From Cyanidioschyzon merolae (taxonomy: Eukaryota): a DNA stretch of 64,000 nt. The notes under the pieces are model-generated. The model did no database searches. It was not told where the DNA came from and was given only the letters and a program-made list of their open reading frames with translations. Of this stretch, positions 41,364 to 52,511 are shown piece after piece. Made by a program: the position numbers and the translations under genes. The DNA lies in the NCBI GenBank assembly GCA_000091205.1, contig AP006502.2. One strand, 5' to 3'. Position 1 is the stretch's first letter. Each line of letters begins with the position of its first letter.

Positions 41364-43344
41364 AGCCCGTGCGGCCCCAGACCGAATGTTGTTTTTGTAC
41401 TGAGTTTTGAAATGCCACGGTAGCTTTTTCCGATCTCAGTGACGAACATAGAATGATCGTGTAAGCTACAGCGCGTGAAGGGAGCACCAGATTCTGAAAT
41501 GCACCGCATGAATGCCGCGTCGGACACTAAGTACTTGACCTCGACATCAGTTGTCGAAGCTGTCGCTTTTCCGACCAACCGTTCTTTCCCAGAGGAGCAT
41601 TTCTCGTAATATGATGCGAGCCAGGTAAGAGAAATATATATAGCATATATGCGTGTGATTTCGATTCGAAAAGCATGCCGTAAAAACCAACTCTCCTTTA
41701 TGGGCATGATCACTGCATCAATGCACGAATTCCAAATCCGGATATCCTGGTGCCGGAGACATCCGTACCATCCAAAGCATTGGGATCTGAGCGTCTTTTC
41801 ATTCGTGGTCACAAAGATGGGTCCTCACTCGACTAGGTATGCGCCCAGAGCGCTTTTGTTTATGCGCTTCCAACGATTCCGGTGGTTCCATTCATGTACG
41901 GCAAGCCGGACGTCTTGAACGACTAGCCTAGACGACGAAGAACCCCGTCTGTCAACGCCGATCCGGAGACTGCTGGGTAGCTCCGCAAGCTTTTGCAGAA
42001 TTAGAACGCCGGAAAGCGCTGTTCGGTTGTTTCGGTCACCGAACCTGGATTGGCGGCTATCCAACCTATCAACTACAAATCACGTCCGAAGCTTTCTCTC
42101 TGCGACCTCGTCCAAAAGGTCCGCTAGGCGGGCTGCGACGGAAACCGTGACGGCCAACGAGTTGTGTTTCATGTGAGACCCAGTTCGTTCGATGTAGCTG
42201 GGTACCGTCAGCGTGCAGTCCTGTGCTTCACTAGAGAGCCTCGGTAAAAGCCCCGGCATCGAGACAATCTTGTGTTCTCTTCCGTTGCCGTGGCGCCGAC
42301 GTTTCGTCGAGACGTGCCCCTCGCCTGAACTCCCGTCTGTGAGCAAGTTGTGTAGTGAAGATTGCTGGAGGGAGGACGCCTAAGCGCCGCTACCGGCAGC
42401 GACTGGTGACGTGTGACCCAAAAGACGCGCAAACAGACATTCTCCGTAAACCTGCGAGAAAGGTGTACCACACTTCTTACATTGCTGCTAGTAAGCATGT
42501 AGCTGCTTACATCGTAGGGGTGCTCGCGTCCCTGTCTGCCCGTTGCGAATCAACGACAACTGGACGATGCCGCTGGTATCGTACGTTGACTATGTTGCTG
42601 AACGAGCGTCGTTCGAATTTCAGATCAGAGGGAGCTGCAATGTCGTTATGAAGCGCATTCCCCAAATCCAGTGTCTTCATGGTACCGGTACGTCTGCCGA
42701 TAGAGAGTGCAGCAGTGCTGAAAGAGCCTGATTGTATGTGCGTCCTTTCGGCGCTACGCGTTTGTCAAGGCGGACTCTGGTTCATCAGCAGAGAAGACTT
42801 GAAGATCCGAAGAGCGTCATCGTGCCCAGCATGCATTGTCTGCTCGCATTCCACATGGTCGCTGCTGAATATGTCCACCATCCCGATGCCGCTGAACGCA
42901 CTGAGCAAATCTTTTGGGTCGAGCATCATTCCCGCAGACCAGTCTGGACTGTGGGTAATGGAGCATAGGGTCAGAAACAGACCAGCGGTTGCTTGCCTGG
43001 ATGCCGGTATCCATCGCGCAACCCGGAACCGTGTCCCATGAAAATGGACCAAATATCCTCTCGCTCTGTTCCTGCCTTTCGAGTTTTCTGCTGAACATCT
43101 CTTGAGAAAGACATCCACGATATTCAAAGTGCAGCAATCGCGGCTTACGAATTTATATGCACTTTAAATATTCTCCGACGCCTTTTCTAAGTAACTGCTT
43201 CGACTCGTTGCTGCTGGAGTTCGTAATCTCACCGGAATCGCCACGATTCACATCGCCATCGGCCGAACGTTTCGTTCCATAACCCTTCTCATCGAAGAGT
43301 TCGTACGCACAAGTCTCCAATCCTCTCCTTTCCTCGCACACGGC

Positions 43345-43998
43345 ATGCTTACGTTACACACTCTTCAGGTTTCCGATCAAGAATTTTCAAGGCAATTCAT
43401 GGGCAGAACAAATCGCGCTGCTGGGTTGGTGAATAAGGATACTCGATGTTGTAATTTGACGACTCGCTCACAAGCTCATGTCGAAAGCGCACAGAGCTTG
43501 TCGGGTCAAGTAATCTATTCCATTCGAAAAACGAATCTTCTCCTCTCCTTAAGCATCCATACAGCTGCATTCTACACCAGCGTGGTCTCCCGCACGAGAT
43601 ATGCTCCCTGAGGCTCTCGTTTCTTTGTGTTGGATGGAAAGCGGGGCCTTCAGCTCGGAATTGCGTCGTTGAACTTATCGCTTCCAGTAAGGTGTATAAC
43701 ACCTTTTCGCACGGAGGAACCGTAGACGAATCGACGTTTCTCGATCTGATCTGCAGCCTGGATTTTGCCTCCGGCACTCGTCTCATCATGGACAACACCG
43801 TGTCCCAGAAACCGTCTATCGAAAGGAAGACTGCTTGTCCGAGGGTGCAGCGGACAGCGCACTCGCCGAGCAAAACGCCCAGAACAATGCAGTGATCGTT
43901 GGGTACTTTATGGGCCGCGCGAACGGGGAAGGGCATTTAGGCTCGCCTTCCGTACTCCTTAGGCGCATGGAACGAGCGATGAGGCATGTGTTCACGTG
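43345..43998 (+). pseudogene. R-unit ORF-A homolog with at least two frameshifts (pieces 43345..43611, 43692..43895, and a +1 frame to 43998)
   Basis: MLTLHTLQVSDQEFSRQFMGRTNRAAG...NLLLSLSIHTAAF aligns with the R2 N-terminus; ESTFLDLICSLDF and (shifted) AADSALAEQNAQNNAVIVGYFMGRANGEGHLGS align with the R2 body. Confidence 0.5.
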
Positions 43999-44087
43999 AA
44001 ACAGGGCGGGCCTCGGAGCAGGTGGAGGTGTGGCGGACGCATGCGAATACCCGATGACAGCCAAATTCCACAGCTGCGATGTGCGCA

Positions 44088-44285
44088 TCACGGCTGCACA
44101 CAAACGAGTTCGTAGATCACAATTTCCGCCCTTGCACCAAAAGCATCGACTGTAACCGCAAGTAACGAAAAAGGGAGTTTATCGCTACCATCAAAATCCT
44201 TCGTCAGGTGAATAGGGAGCTGAAGCGAAAGGGGAGACAGACGTATTTGAAACCTTCCATAAAAGCTAGAAAATAGAGTAGTCAC
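44088..44285 (-). CDS. R-unit ORF-B homolog segment (..TKDFDGSDKLPFSLLAVTVDAFGARAEIVIYELVCVQP*); listed start is GTG, no ATG
   Basis: Aligns with R2 SEEDEGSTQVPISLFPAVANAFRVKAKVAIYDSFSYTA and D1 SSEDIDRSVQVLISLFPAIACA..AKEAIHAS. Confidence 0.4.
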   Translation of the reverse strand: MTTLFSSFYGRFQIRLSPLSLQLPIHLTKDFDGSDKLPFSLLAVTVDAFGARAEIVIYELVCVQP

Positions 44286-44942
44286 AGAAAAAGCCTGCAG
44301 ATGCTGACTTGTGCGGAATCACGGGAAGCGTTCCAAACGTTTCAGTGTGTATGCCCGAGTTAGCTTTGCGCAGTCGTTCCACTGAATACGAATATGGGTA
44401 CATGCGTTCCCAACTCAATGCAGCAATCCTGTACAAAGAAAAGATCCCATCGAGCCGATGCCCTCTGTGGAATGGCAAAGCTGTTCTGTTTTTGTGCTGC
44501 ACCCGCTCCAGCTGTTTAGGCGCTGTTGCGGATGCTCTCGGCAGGCGCTAGGCACACGATAGAACGAATGAAACGACCAGTATTTCCGAGAAGAAGTATG
44601 GGTCATGTAACTTGGAAGCAGCATATGGATCGATGGATGCCTCGCCGCGCACCGAAACAAAAAACCAAAAAAAAGAAAGGAAAAGAAGAGTCGCTCATTC
44701 GGAGAACGCTGGAATATGGAAACGCCGTGTCAATTAAAAAAATAGAACAAAATTACCACACCGTGTCCAGGATCGCGAAGCGCAGGCCGACGTCCGTCGA
44801 ACGCGGCGCCTACGTGCCACGCGTATTTCGCATGGAAACTGTTGTTGTAGCGTCGCACCCCGAAGCTCACGAGAGCGTGCTTTCTTAACTTGGCCCTAGC
44901 ACGTGAGCTGAAGCATACTCCCCCAACGGCCAGACAAGTTTT

Positions 44943-45284
44943 ATGAGCGACCTTTCTGACCTTGGAGTTACGAAACCATTTGACCCATTCGCTGATGCTG
45001 ACACTGACTCCGGCGTCGTGACGAAAAACCTCGTGCACATTCGTCTGCAGATGCGCAGTGGTCGGAAGAGCCTGACGACCATCCAAGGCCTTTCAGGAAA
45101 AATTGATTTACACAAGCTGACAAAGGCTTTCAAGAAGGAGTTTTGCTGCAACGGTTCTATTGTAGAGGATAAAGAGCTTGGACGCGTGATCCAGCTCCAA
45201 GGCGACCAACGAGAAAACGTGCGCCGCTTCCTCATCGAGGAAGAGCTCGTTGACAAGGATAACATTAAAGTGCATGGAATGTGA
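44943..45284 (+). CDS. SUI1: translation initiation factor eIF1 (SUI1 domain)
   Basis: 113-aa protein with VHIRLQMRSGRKSLTTIQGL...EFCCNGSIVED...VIQLQGDQRENVRRFLIEEELVDKDNIKVHG, the eIF1 signature; ATG verified. Confidence 0.9.
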   Translation: MSDLSDLGVTKPFDPFADADTDSGVVTKNLVHIRLQMRSGRKSLTTIQGLSGKIDLHKLTKAFKKEFCCNGSIVEDKELGRVIQLQGDQRENVRRFLIEEELVDKDNIKVHGM

Positions 45285-46239
45285 GGAAAATGTTTCACGA
45301 AGGTCTCCAAAACGACCATCAAGTGAAATACACGTGGCGGTGGGGTTACTCCACACAGCTTCCGTACCAGCGTGAGCAGCGGTGTCTGGGCTCTTGGCTG
45401 CTTGCATCAGTGCGCTCGCAGAATACTGATCTTCGGGGAGCGCGAAGCTCCAGGGCAGAACGCGACCTGTGCGCTTCACGGTGGAAGCGGTTTGCCTCTA
45501 TGGTTTGGAAGAAAATAGGTTCGATTGAACCCAATGGTCATGTCCTGCGGAGCGAGCAGGACCAATCGAGGACAGAGAATGTTGCGACGCAGGTAGTGCT
45601 GGATGCGTGGCAAAACATTCAGAGGCAACGGTGGCAATATACCGCCTGCGCTACTGATATGCGTGTAAAAGGTAAGATGAATGGACTGGACAAAAGAAAT
45701 CGCAGCCTCGCCCAGACCTTAGGATAATTGCCGTATTCAATGCTGTGACACCCCCGATGCGTGCCATCGAATGCTTTTTTGTCAGTGTAGAGCAGGAGAT
45801 GGAAATCAAGATGCAATACACCGTAGAGATCGTAGGCGATTTCCCTGCAGGATAGATATTCTTAACTGAACAGTGCAAGGAGGACTGCATTAATCCGTCA
45901 GGTCAGTCATACCGAAATACACAGATAATCGACGAACGCTGACAGAAACAAATATATGCGCTCCACGCTAATAACAGATATTCTCAAAGCGTGCTTGCGG
46001 TCCTTGGTAGTAAACGGACCATTGATCACCTCACGAAGAGCAATAGCGACGATAGCGGACACATCGGCGTCTCTGTTTCTCAGCAGTTGGATCGTCCGGT
46101 CCCGCAAACAATGGGGTACAGTCGCAAAATTCCTAGTTCAAGCACCGCTATCTTTCACTGAAATCGCAATGGCAGAATTCCTAGAAGCTTGCGATCGGTA
46201 TGAAGCACAGATAAGTCGGTTTGTTTTTTTTTCAGTCGA

Positions 46240-47185
46240 TGAGACTTCCCTCTGACAAAACGGTCTCAGCGCATATGGGTACTCGCGGAGCAGGAAGCCC
46301 CCTGTATGCACGATGGAAATCGAGAAGAACGAGGACATCTTCCTCTGTTCTAACTGCAGGGAATTCATCTGGCGGCCTCCGTTTCGCTCGTAGAGAGGGC
46401 TCATCCAACAGCATCGTTTTCGTAGCATCATTCAAGACTTTTCCCCTTACGTCTAATGACTTCCATCTATCGGACAACGGAAAATTTCACCGTTCTCTGT
46501 GCGTTGGAACTTTTGCCGACGCTAACGGGGTAGAGCTGCTTTTCATTCCTGTGTAGGCCCCGTGGTTCAACTCCATCGAAGGAGCGTTTTCTATCGTGAA
46601 ACTTAACGATCGCGTCGCTGGACAAGTCCCTACGGCTTCCAGCACACTGGGGCACTTATTGACTTTCTAGCTCTGCGAATTTCCATACCTAAAGGCATAA
46701 AGAGCAGCTTTCATGCGAAGAATTACAAAATCCAAGGGAAGGGTATGGAGATGGAAATCGAGGATCCTGGAGGCCCGCCATCCTCGGCTGCCGGAAAAGA
46801 ACGAATAGAATCCTCTTCTCGCGAAAAGCCGAACGAAGAAGAGCCAGTGACGAAGAAGAAGATGGGAAATGGGTAAGGACAGTGGTTCGCCCGATGGTAC
46901 GATGACGAGACTGTTGTGACACAGGGAGCACGAGTACTAGTAATCCTTGCAATAATGTGTTCAACCAGCGGCGGGAAACGCATGGAGTTCTTGAACCGAG
47001 ACTTCAACGCCGCCATTCATATCAGAAGATGTGCGGTGCTCAAGACAAGATCCGCGGAGCTGACACGACCCAACTTCCTGGGGCAGTCTCTCAGGCTCGA
47101 AGTGCACGGTGAAAAACTGCAACCGATAGCAGGGGAACGGTCAGAAACGGCTGGGAGGCGCCTGTGAGTTGGTATATATATGCAG
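46240..47185 (+). mobile_element. 5'-truncated TnpB/Fanzor-like copy, decayed
   Basis: ORF 46221..46556 (..VSAHMGTRGAGSPLY..), frame-shifted ..PWFNSIEGAFSIVKLNDR.., then ORF 46916..47167 ..CSTSGGKRMEFLNRDFNAAIHIRRCAVLKTRSAELTRPNFLGQSLRLEVHGEKLQPIAG. Confidence 0.55.
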
Positions 47186-47287
47186 CCTATGGCAGCGAAA
47201 CGTTCTCGCGCCATGAACCGCAGGCAGGATCTGGTGACTTGCATTTCGAGTTTCTTCTGCGCATGACTGGGACGTGCAAGGACCATT

Positions 47288-48901
47288 TTACATATGAGGG
47301 TGTGCAGGTTCCATTTTCCTAGGCGCTGATTTGATAACATCATCCACGCGGAGGATCATTTCAGCTGCTTCTGTTGCGGATGAAAGCACGTGTGCTTTCA
47401 GTCGGAAAGACTCCACGACACCTAAAGCTCGGGCATCGGCGATAGAACCCGAGAGGATATCCAAACCAGCCGAAGTGTTGCCCTGAGCGTGCGCAGCTCG
47501 AAGCTCCGCCACGAGACTCGTCGCATCGAGACCCGCGTTTTCCGCGATAAGGCCTGGAAGACTGCGGAGAGCGCGAGCAAATGCCTCCGCCGCCAGCGCG
47601 GCTTTGCCGCCCATACGTGCCGCACACGCATCCACTGCATTCGCCATGAGTGCCTCCGAGCAACCGGCTCCCAAAACTAGTCGGGAGTCTACGACGAGTT
47701 GGCTCAGTACACAGAGGGCATCGTGCAACGAACGCTCAGCTTCATCGAGAATCTGCTGGTTCGCACCCCGGATGACGATCGAGCAAGCTTCTGGCGCCCG
47801 ACATCCCTGAAAATGCAGTACAGCGTCGTCCCCGATCATGATCTCTTCGATAACGGCACATTCACCGAGCCGAATGGCCCCCGGACTATCGAAGGTACTG
47901 ACGATTTCACCGCCGGTCACAAGCGCTAGGCGCTCAATGCCATCGAAATCTGCGTGTTCAATACTGTTGATACCATTATCCGTGAAAAATTGCTCCGGAC
48001 GATTGTAAATGAGTTGACGATTGACAAAAACATTGCATCCGTAACCGAGAATACGACGACATTTCTCTATCATCTTTTCCTGCTCCGCTTGTTCTATTTC
48101 CGCAACACGTGCAATTGACTCTGTCCGAACACGAGCACCATAGATTTTGATCTTATCCGTATCCATCGGTGTGTTGGCAATCAAAATTTTTGCATTTTCG
48201 ACACGTTTCTTCTGGCCTACGCCGAAGCGCTTCTCCAGAATGAAGCCTTCCGCCAGGAATGACTCATGAAGGGCACCGCCGGGTTTTTTAATGATTTTAA
48301 TATGATCCAGGTTCGTGCTACCTTGCAAGCGGATCACAGCATCTACCGCGATCTTCGCAAAGAGCTCCCTGCACTGCGACAGAACTTTCGAGGACAGCGC
48401 CGTGCGCGCAACGTTCATAAGCGCCTCGTAGCCAGCCGGAGTGTCTTTCGCGGGTAGGGCCATGGCGGCTTCTTCGAGTGCTTTCAGCGCCTCTCGATGG
48501 GCAGCACGGTATCCGGCTATGATCAACTGAGGGTGCAAGCGCCTTTCGAGGAGCTGTTCCGCTTCACGCAACAGCTCACCCGCTAAACAGCAAACCGAGG
48601 TGGTGCCGTCCCCGATCTCATCGTCCTGCACCAGAGCAATATCAACGAGGATCTTCACCGCTGGGTTATCAACGTACACAGACTTTAGGATTGTTGCACC
48701 GTCATTCGTAACACTGACCTCCCCAGAAGGAGAGAGGAGAATCTTATCCATCCCACGGGGCCCTAGCGTCGTTTTCAGCAAGTCCGTAATAGCCAGAGCA
48801 CCAGTGAGCAACGATAGGCGCGCGTTCTCTCCCTTCTCTTCGGTAGAACTCGACTTGAGGACTTTCTGGAGTCCAGTCGGTGGTAGCCTCAACTGCGTCA
48901 T
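47288..48901 (-). CDS. CCT2: T-complex protein 1 subunit beta (chaperonin CCT2)
   Basis: [30 protein letters not shown]...[55 protein letters not shown] matches CCT beta; ATG verified. Confidence 0.9.
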   Translation of the reverse strand: MTQLRLPPTGLQKVLKSSSTEEKGENARLSLLTGALAITDLLKTTLGPRGMDKILLSPSGEVSVTNDGATILKSVYVDNPAVKILVDIALVQDDEIGDGTTSVCCLAGELLREAEQLLERRLHPQLIIAGYRAAHREALKALEEAAMALPAKDTPAGYEALMNVARTALSSKVLSQCRELFAKIAVDAVIRLQGSTNLDHIKIIKKPGGALHESFLAEGFILEKRFGVGQKKRVENAKILIANTPMDTDKIKIYGARVRTESIARVAEIEQAEQEKMIEKCRRILGYGCNVFVNRQLIYNRPEQFFTDNGINSIEHADFDGIERLALVTGGEIVSTFDSPGAIRLGECAVIEEIMIGDDAVLHFQGCRAPEACSIVIRGANQQILDEAERSLHDALCVLSQLVVDSRLVLGAGCSEALMANAVDACAARMGGKAALAAEAFARALRSLPGLIAENAGLDATSLVAELRAAHAQGNTSAGLDILSGSIADARALGVVESFRLKAHVLSSATEAAEMILRVDDVIKSAPRKMEPAHPHM

Positions 48902-51040
48902 ATGCGATAGTATGATGAAGCTGTTGCACGGTGCAAGTAAAAAAGCTTCTCTCCCAACTGCGTTTACCCAGGGACGTGGCGCGATCGAGCAGCGATGTCA
49001 CGAGCGTGCGAATGTGTCACGTCATGAAAGCGCGTGCCGCTTCCAGCTCGTTCCGCATCAAGTGGTGTTATCCAGATATGACCTGTTTTGGAACTCGTGC
49101 CCCTGTCGGACAATGGTCCAAATATGTGGTCCGCTCGTAAGAGGTTGTGTGGAAGAAATTCGACGCTTCCAGCGTTGCGTGCCCCATAACGCACGGGAGT
49201 TCAAAGCGAGTCGCGCGCAGACCAGCTAACTGATAAGAGTCTGTCCAAGTCGTCGTGAGCGCCACCGCAAGTACCTAGGTCACGCTTAACGGCCATGATT
49301 GTTCAACAGATCTAGTTGCTGTGCATTTGTCAGGCGCAAGCATGCTCATCGTTTCAGGCGTGGCGCACATGCGTATTGCGCAATGAACTACTGCGGGAAC
49401 GCTCATGGAGGCTCATGCGATAGCGCAGCAAACGACGGACTCTCAGGTTTACAATGAAGGCATCCTGTAAGGATTTACATTCGTGGTTTCGAAAACTGCT
49501 GCCACATCAGAGGCAGCTTAGCGGGCTTGTTCAGGGCACACACGATCAGTGCGCTCGCCATTCAGTTGCGCTTACAATGATCGTACAGCGCAGAACATTG
49601 GCCACGCTTTCCCGAGGTGCTGTATCCAGCTTGGAGAGCAGCGTCACCGAGCGGTGCTAGAAGCCGTCGGAGCCACCAGTCAACGAGCTGAAACTCGAAA
49701 GCCTTCCAGAATGAGACGAAACGCGTGCGTGTTCTCGAAGTCTGCGCTGCGTAAGCAGTTTCCTGAAAGAGCCATGGGCACGAACGCCACCCATGAAGCG
49801 CCCTACGCTCGACTGCAAGCCTTCCAGTATGAGACAAAAGTCGTGCCCCTTGCGAAGTTCGCATAGTGCGCACAGCCCGATGCGTGTCACACGGATCCCG
49901 AGGCTGCCTTCAGAGTGCCAGAGGCTCGATTTTCATCACCTGGCGCCGTGCGATGAGCGGGTACAGAGAACGCATCCAGAAACACGAGCAGAGGATGTAT
50001 CGGACGACAGAGTTTCGTTGATGCGCGACATGACGGTCAGGTCATATCTACCGAACTTTTCTCCGCGCATGGCAAGCTGGTCAGATCCTGCAAATGCATC
50101 GCCTTCGCAGAAGAATGGTACCACACACGATGCGCCGCATCCCGTGTGCTCTACTCCAGGTAAACAAGAGGCATCGCGATGACGTGTCCAGCGCCGGAGC
50201 GAGCGTCCGAGAAAAGCTCAGCAACCCAAAGATCTAATTTCCTGGATAGATAAAGCCTCAACTGCCGTCAGGGGTATTTGTCTGATGCCGTCTGAGCATG
50301 AAAATATACGAAAAAGGAACGGAGGTCTCCTGCGCTGTTGCGGAAAAAGCTCTTATGAGCTCCAATGTCCAATAACGAATTCTCAATCTTTATGGCAATC
50401 AACAGCACGTGTTCAGACCCGACAATTACATTAGTTTTTAAGATGTTGGTTCAGGGTATCTAACCAGGCATCCCCAGACGCACAGCGGGTATCGGCATGA
50501 ACAGAAGCAGCGATACCATGGGCGACGGCAACGAGGTGGACGCCCGCTGGCGGATCGACCGGCCGGCGATCCAGCACCGGTTTTTGAAACGCTGGACGGT
50601 GCAGCTGTTTGAGCAGGTGCACGTCGGTGCGTCGCCCGAAAGCCTCCTGTATCAGCAGCTTGAAAGAGAGGTTTTGGTTAAAGGATCTCGTCTCGAGTCC
50701 GGTAGACGATAGGTCCGACCCAGGAGACCGGCTCTACAAACCTGTGAACCGAAACGGACGTTCAAGTGCTGGGCAGCGGTTTGCAGGGCGTCGCGAGGGA
50801 AAGGTTTCCGTTTCGCTGCGCTCTTTGGAGAAAACACGACTGATTGAAGATCTAACTCTGGCATATTTGTACATCCAGCATAGTCGCAAACCACAGTGGG
50901 TAACGCGTAGACTCGAGACCACCCTTTTTTGGTTCTGGGTCAAGTTTCAGGTGCCCCGCCTTTAGACAGAGTTACGGGGATAGCGCCTTGAGCCCAGCAC
51001 GCTTACAGTATTCCTATACTTTGTTGATGCAATCTGGGCG

Positions 51041-52471
51041 ATGCCTCCAGTAATAGATGTTTGCGACTCGTTTGCCACAAGTGTACCATGGCTGAATATG
51101 CTGGACTCACTATCGCTTCCGCCGTTCCGCTCCCCGGAGGCGTGCACAGGTCTATTCCAGTATTCACTCGAATCGTTTTGCTGCGGCCAGTCTGCCTTTA
51201 GCGCGCAGAAGATAGGCGAAGTCGCTGTCATGATTGTGAGGATTGCTTGTGGCCCTGGTGTTCGAAAGACGCTGCATCAATCGCTGGCTTCTGCGAAGCA
51301 TGGCGTGCGATGTACGTCTCAACAGAAACGCGCAAACCCGGCAGATGCTGGGAGAGAGACATTTATAGAGAGCTCGTCAGCGACGCCTTCGGGGAAAGAC
51401 CTAAGACTTAGTCGATCGCGCAGCAAAGAGAACGCACCGGATCACGCATGGGCGCGAAGTGTTACGGGTGACGTACTGTTTACGGTAACAGATCCAACCG
51501 GTGTTCTGATGGATGGGACCATGCATGCCGGAGCGTACCATCGCATTCTCCAAGCGCGAGAACATCTCATCGGCAGTAGCATCGTGAATGAAAGCGGCAG
51601 CATCCAGACAACTGCTGCGTGCGCCTTGCTCGACGGCACCGAATGTGGAACCGTATTGTTGCTGCGGGACGCAACCTTGCTCCACTTTGCGAAGAGCGGA
51701 CCCCATCTGAGCGTCCATCCCGTTAATATCGCCGGAATATTCCTAGCTGGAGACCGTCCCTCGCTGCGCGTCCAACGATTCTTGGATGTCTCTCGAGCGC
51801 TAAGTCGTAGCCAGCTTTTCGACTCTTATGCCTTCGCTGGGCATTTCGCAGCGGGCGTCCTTCGAAAAGAGTCGGATGCTCTGGTACACGCCGCGGACAC
51901 CGACGAAGATCGCGAACTCTTGGACATCATCGAGCAAACGGCGGCCGCGGAAAGCCGCACACCGAGCGTCTCGAGAACGATCGCTGGTTCCAGTCATGAG
52001 GCAGAGAACAAACGCATAAGGGTTGATCTAATGTCCTCAGTGACGGGCGATTTCAGGCCGTGGGTGCTCGACGACGAATTCGGCTCCGTGGAGTCGTACG
52101 TTCCGGCATCGGCGCAACCCTTTCGTGAGATTACGAACATGCCGTGTAGTAGCGCTCCCTCTCTGACTCCATCGAAGAGGCCATCGGGCTATCTCTCGCT
52201 CTCAGGGAGCACAGCACCGAATGGTCTCGCGCCAGCCGAAACCCCCGTACATAGCTCCGAAGCTGATTCCTTTCTGCTAGAACTGGCTCGAGAAGCAGAA
52301 AAAAAGCCACTTGCGAGGAGCACGAACGCTGCGGATCCCGCACCTCAACCAAGTAACGTTTCTGGAGACACGGTGCTGGCCGCTCGGAAGTCTGTCCAAG
52401 AAACACCTAGTCCTGCTAGCAGTAAGGACGACCTCGACGTCGTTTTATGGCAACTGGTGCCGGAGACCTGA
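51041..52471 (+). CDS. hypothetical Ser/Ala/Pro-rich protein (476 aa), likely largely disordered
   Basis: Long ORF starting on a verified ATG; no recognisable domain. Confidence 0.4.
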   Translation: MPPVIDVCDSFATSVPWLNMLDSLSLPPFRSPEACTGLFQYSLESFCCGQSAFSAQKIGEVAVMIVRIACGPGVRKTLHQSLASAKHGVRCTSQQKRANPADAGRETFIESSSATPSGKDLRLSRSRSKENAPDHAWARSVTGDVLFTVTDPTGVLMDGTMHAGAYHRILQAREHLIGSSIVNESGSIQTTAACALLDGTECGTVLLLRDATLLHFAKSGPHLSVHPVNIAGIFLAGDRPSLRVQRFLDVSRALSRSQLFDSYAFAGHFAAGVLRKESDALVHAADTDEDRELLDIIEQTAAAESRTPSVSRTIAGSSHEAENKRIRVDLMSSVTGDFRPWVLDDEFGSVESYVPASAQPFREITNMPCSSAPSLTPSKRPSGYLSLSGSTAPNGLAPAETPVHSSEADSFLLELAREAEKKPLARSTNAADPAPQPSNVSGDTVLAARKSVQETPSPASSKDDLDVVLWQLVPET

Positions 52472-52511
52472 GTTTTCTGGCTTGTGGAATCCATTCAACA
52501 AAGACGTTTGG

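Larger units (their letters stand above)
43290..44290 (+). repeat. diverged R-unit copy D2
   Basis: Conserved blocks: upstream cgtacgcacaa...ggcatgcttacg; ORF-A N-terminus; gacgtttctcgatctgatctgcagcctggatttt; gcggacagcg; gtgatcgttggg; tail ggctgcacacaaacgagttcgtagatcacaa. Confidence 0.7.

Noticed and set aside
46556-46600. tRNA T-arm-like string ccgtggttcaactccatcgaagg (also in the 26.2-kb copy)
   Set aside because: It is part of the conserved protein-coding segment (..PWFN(S/V)(I/T)EGAF..) of the TnpB-like elements, and no cloverleaf can be folded around it. I found no convincing tRNA genes by eye (GGTTCGANTCC-type boxes absent in intergenic regions), though an exhaustive scan needs tRNAscan-SE.
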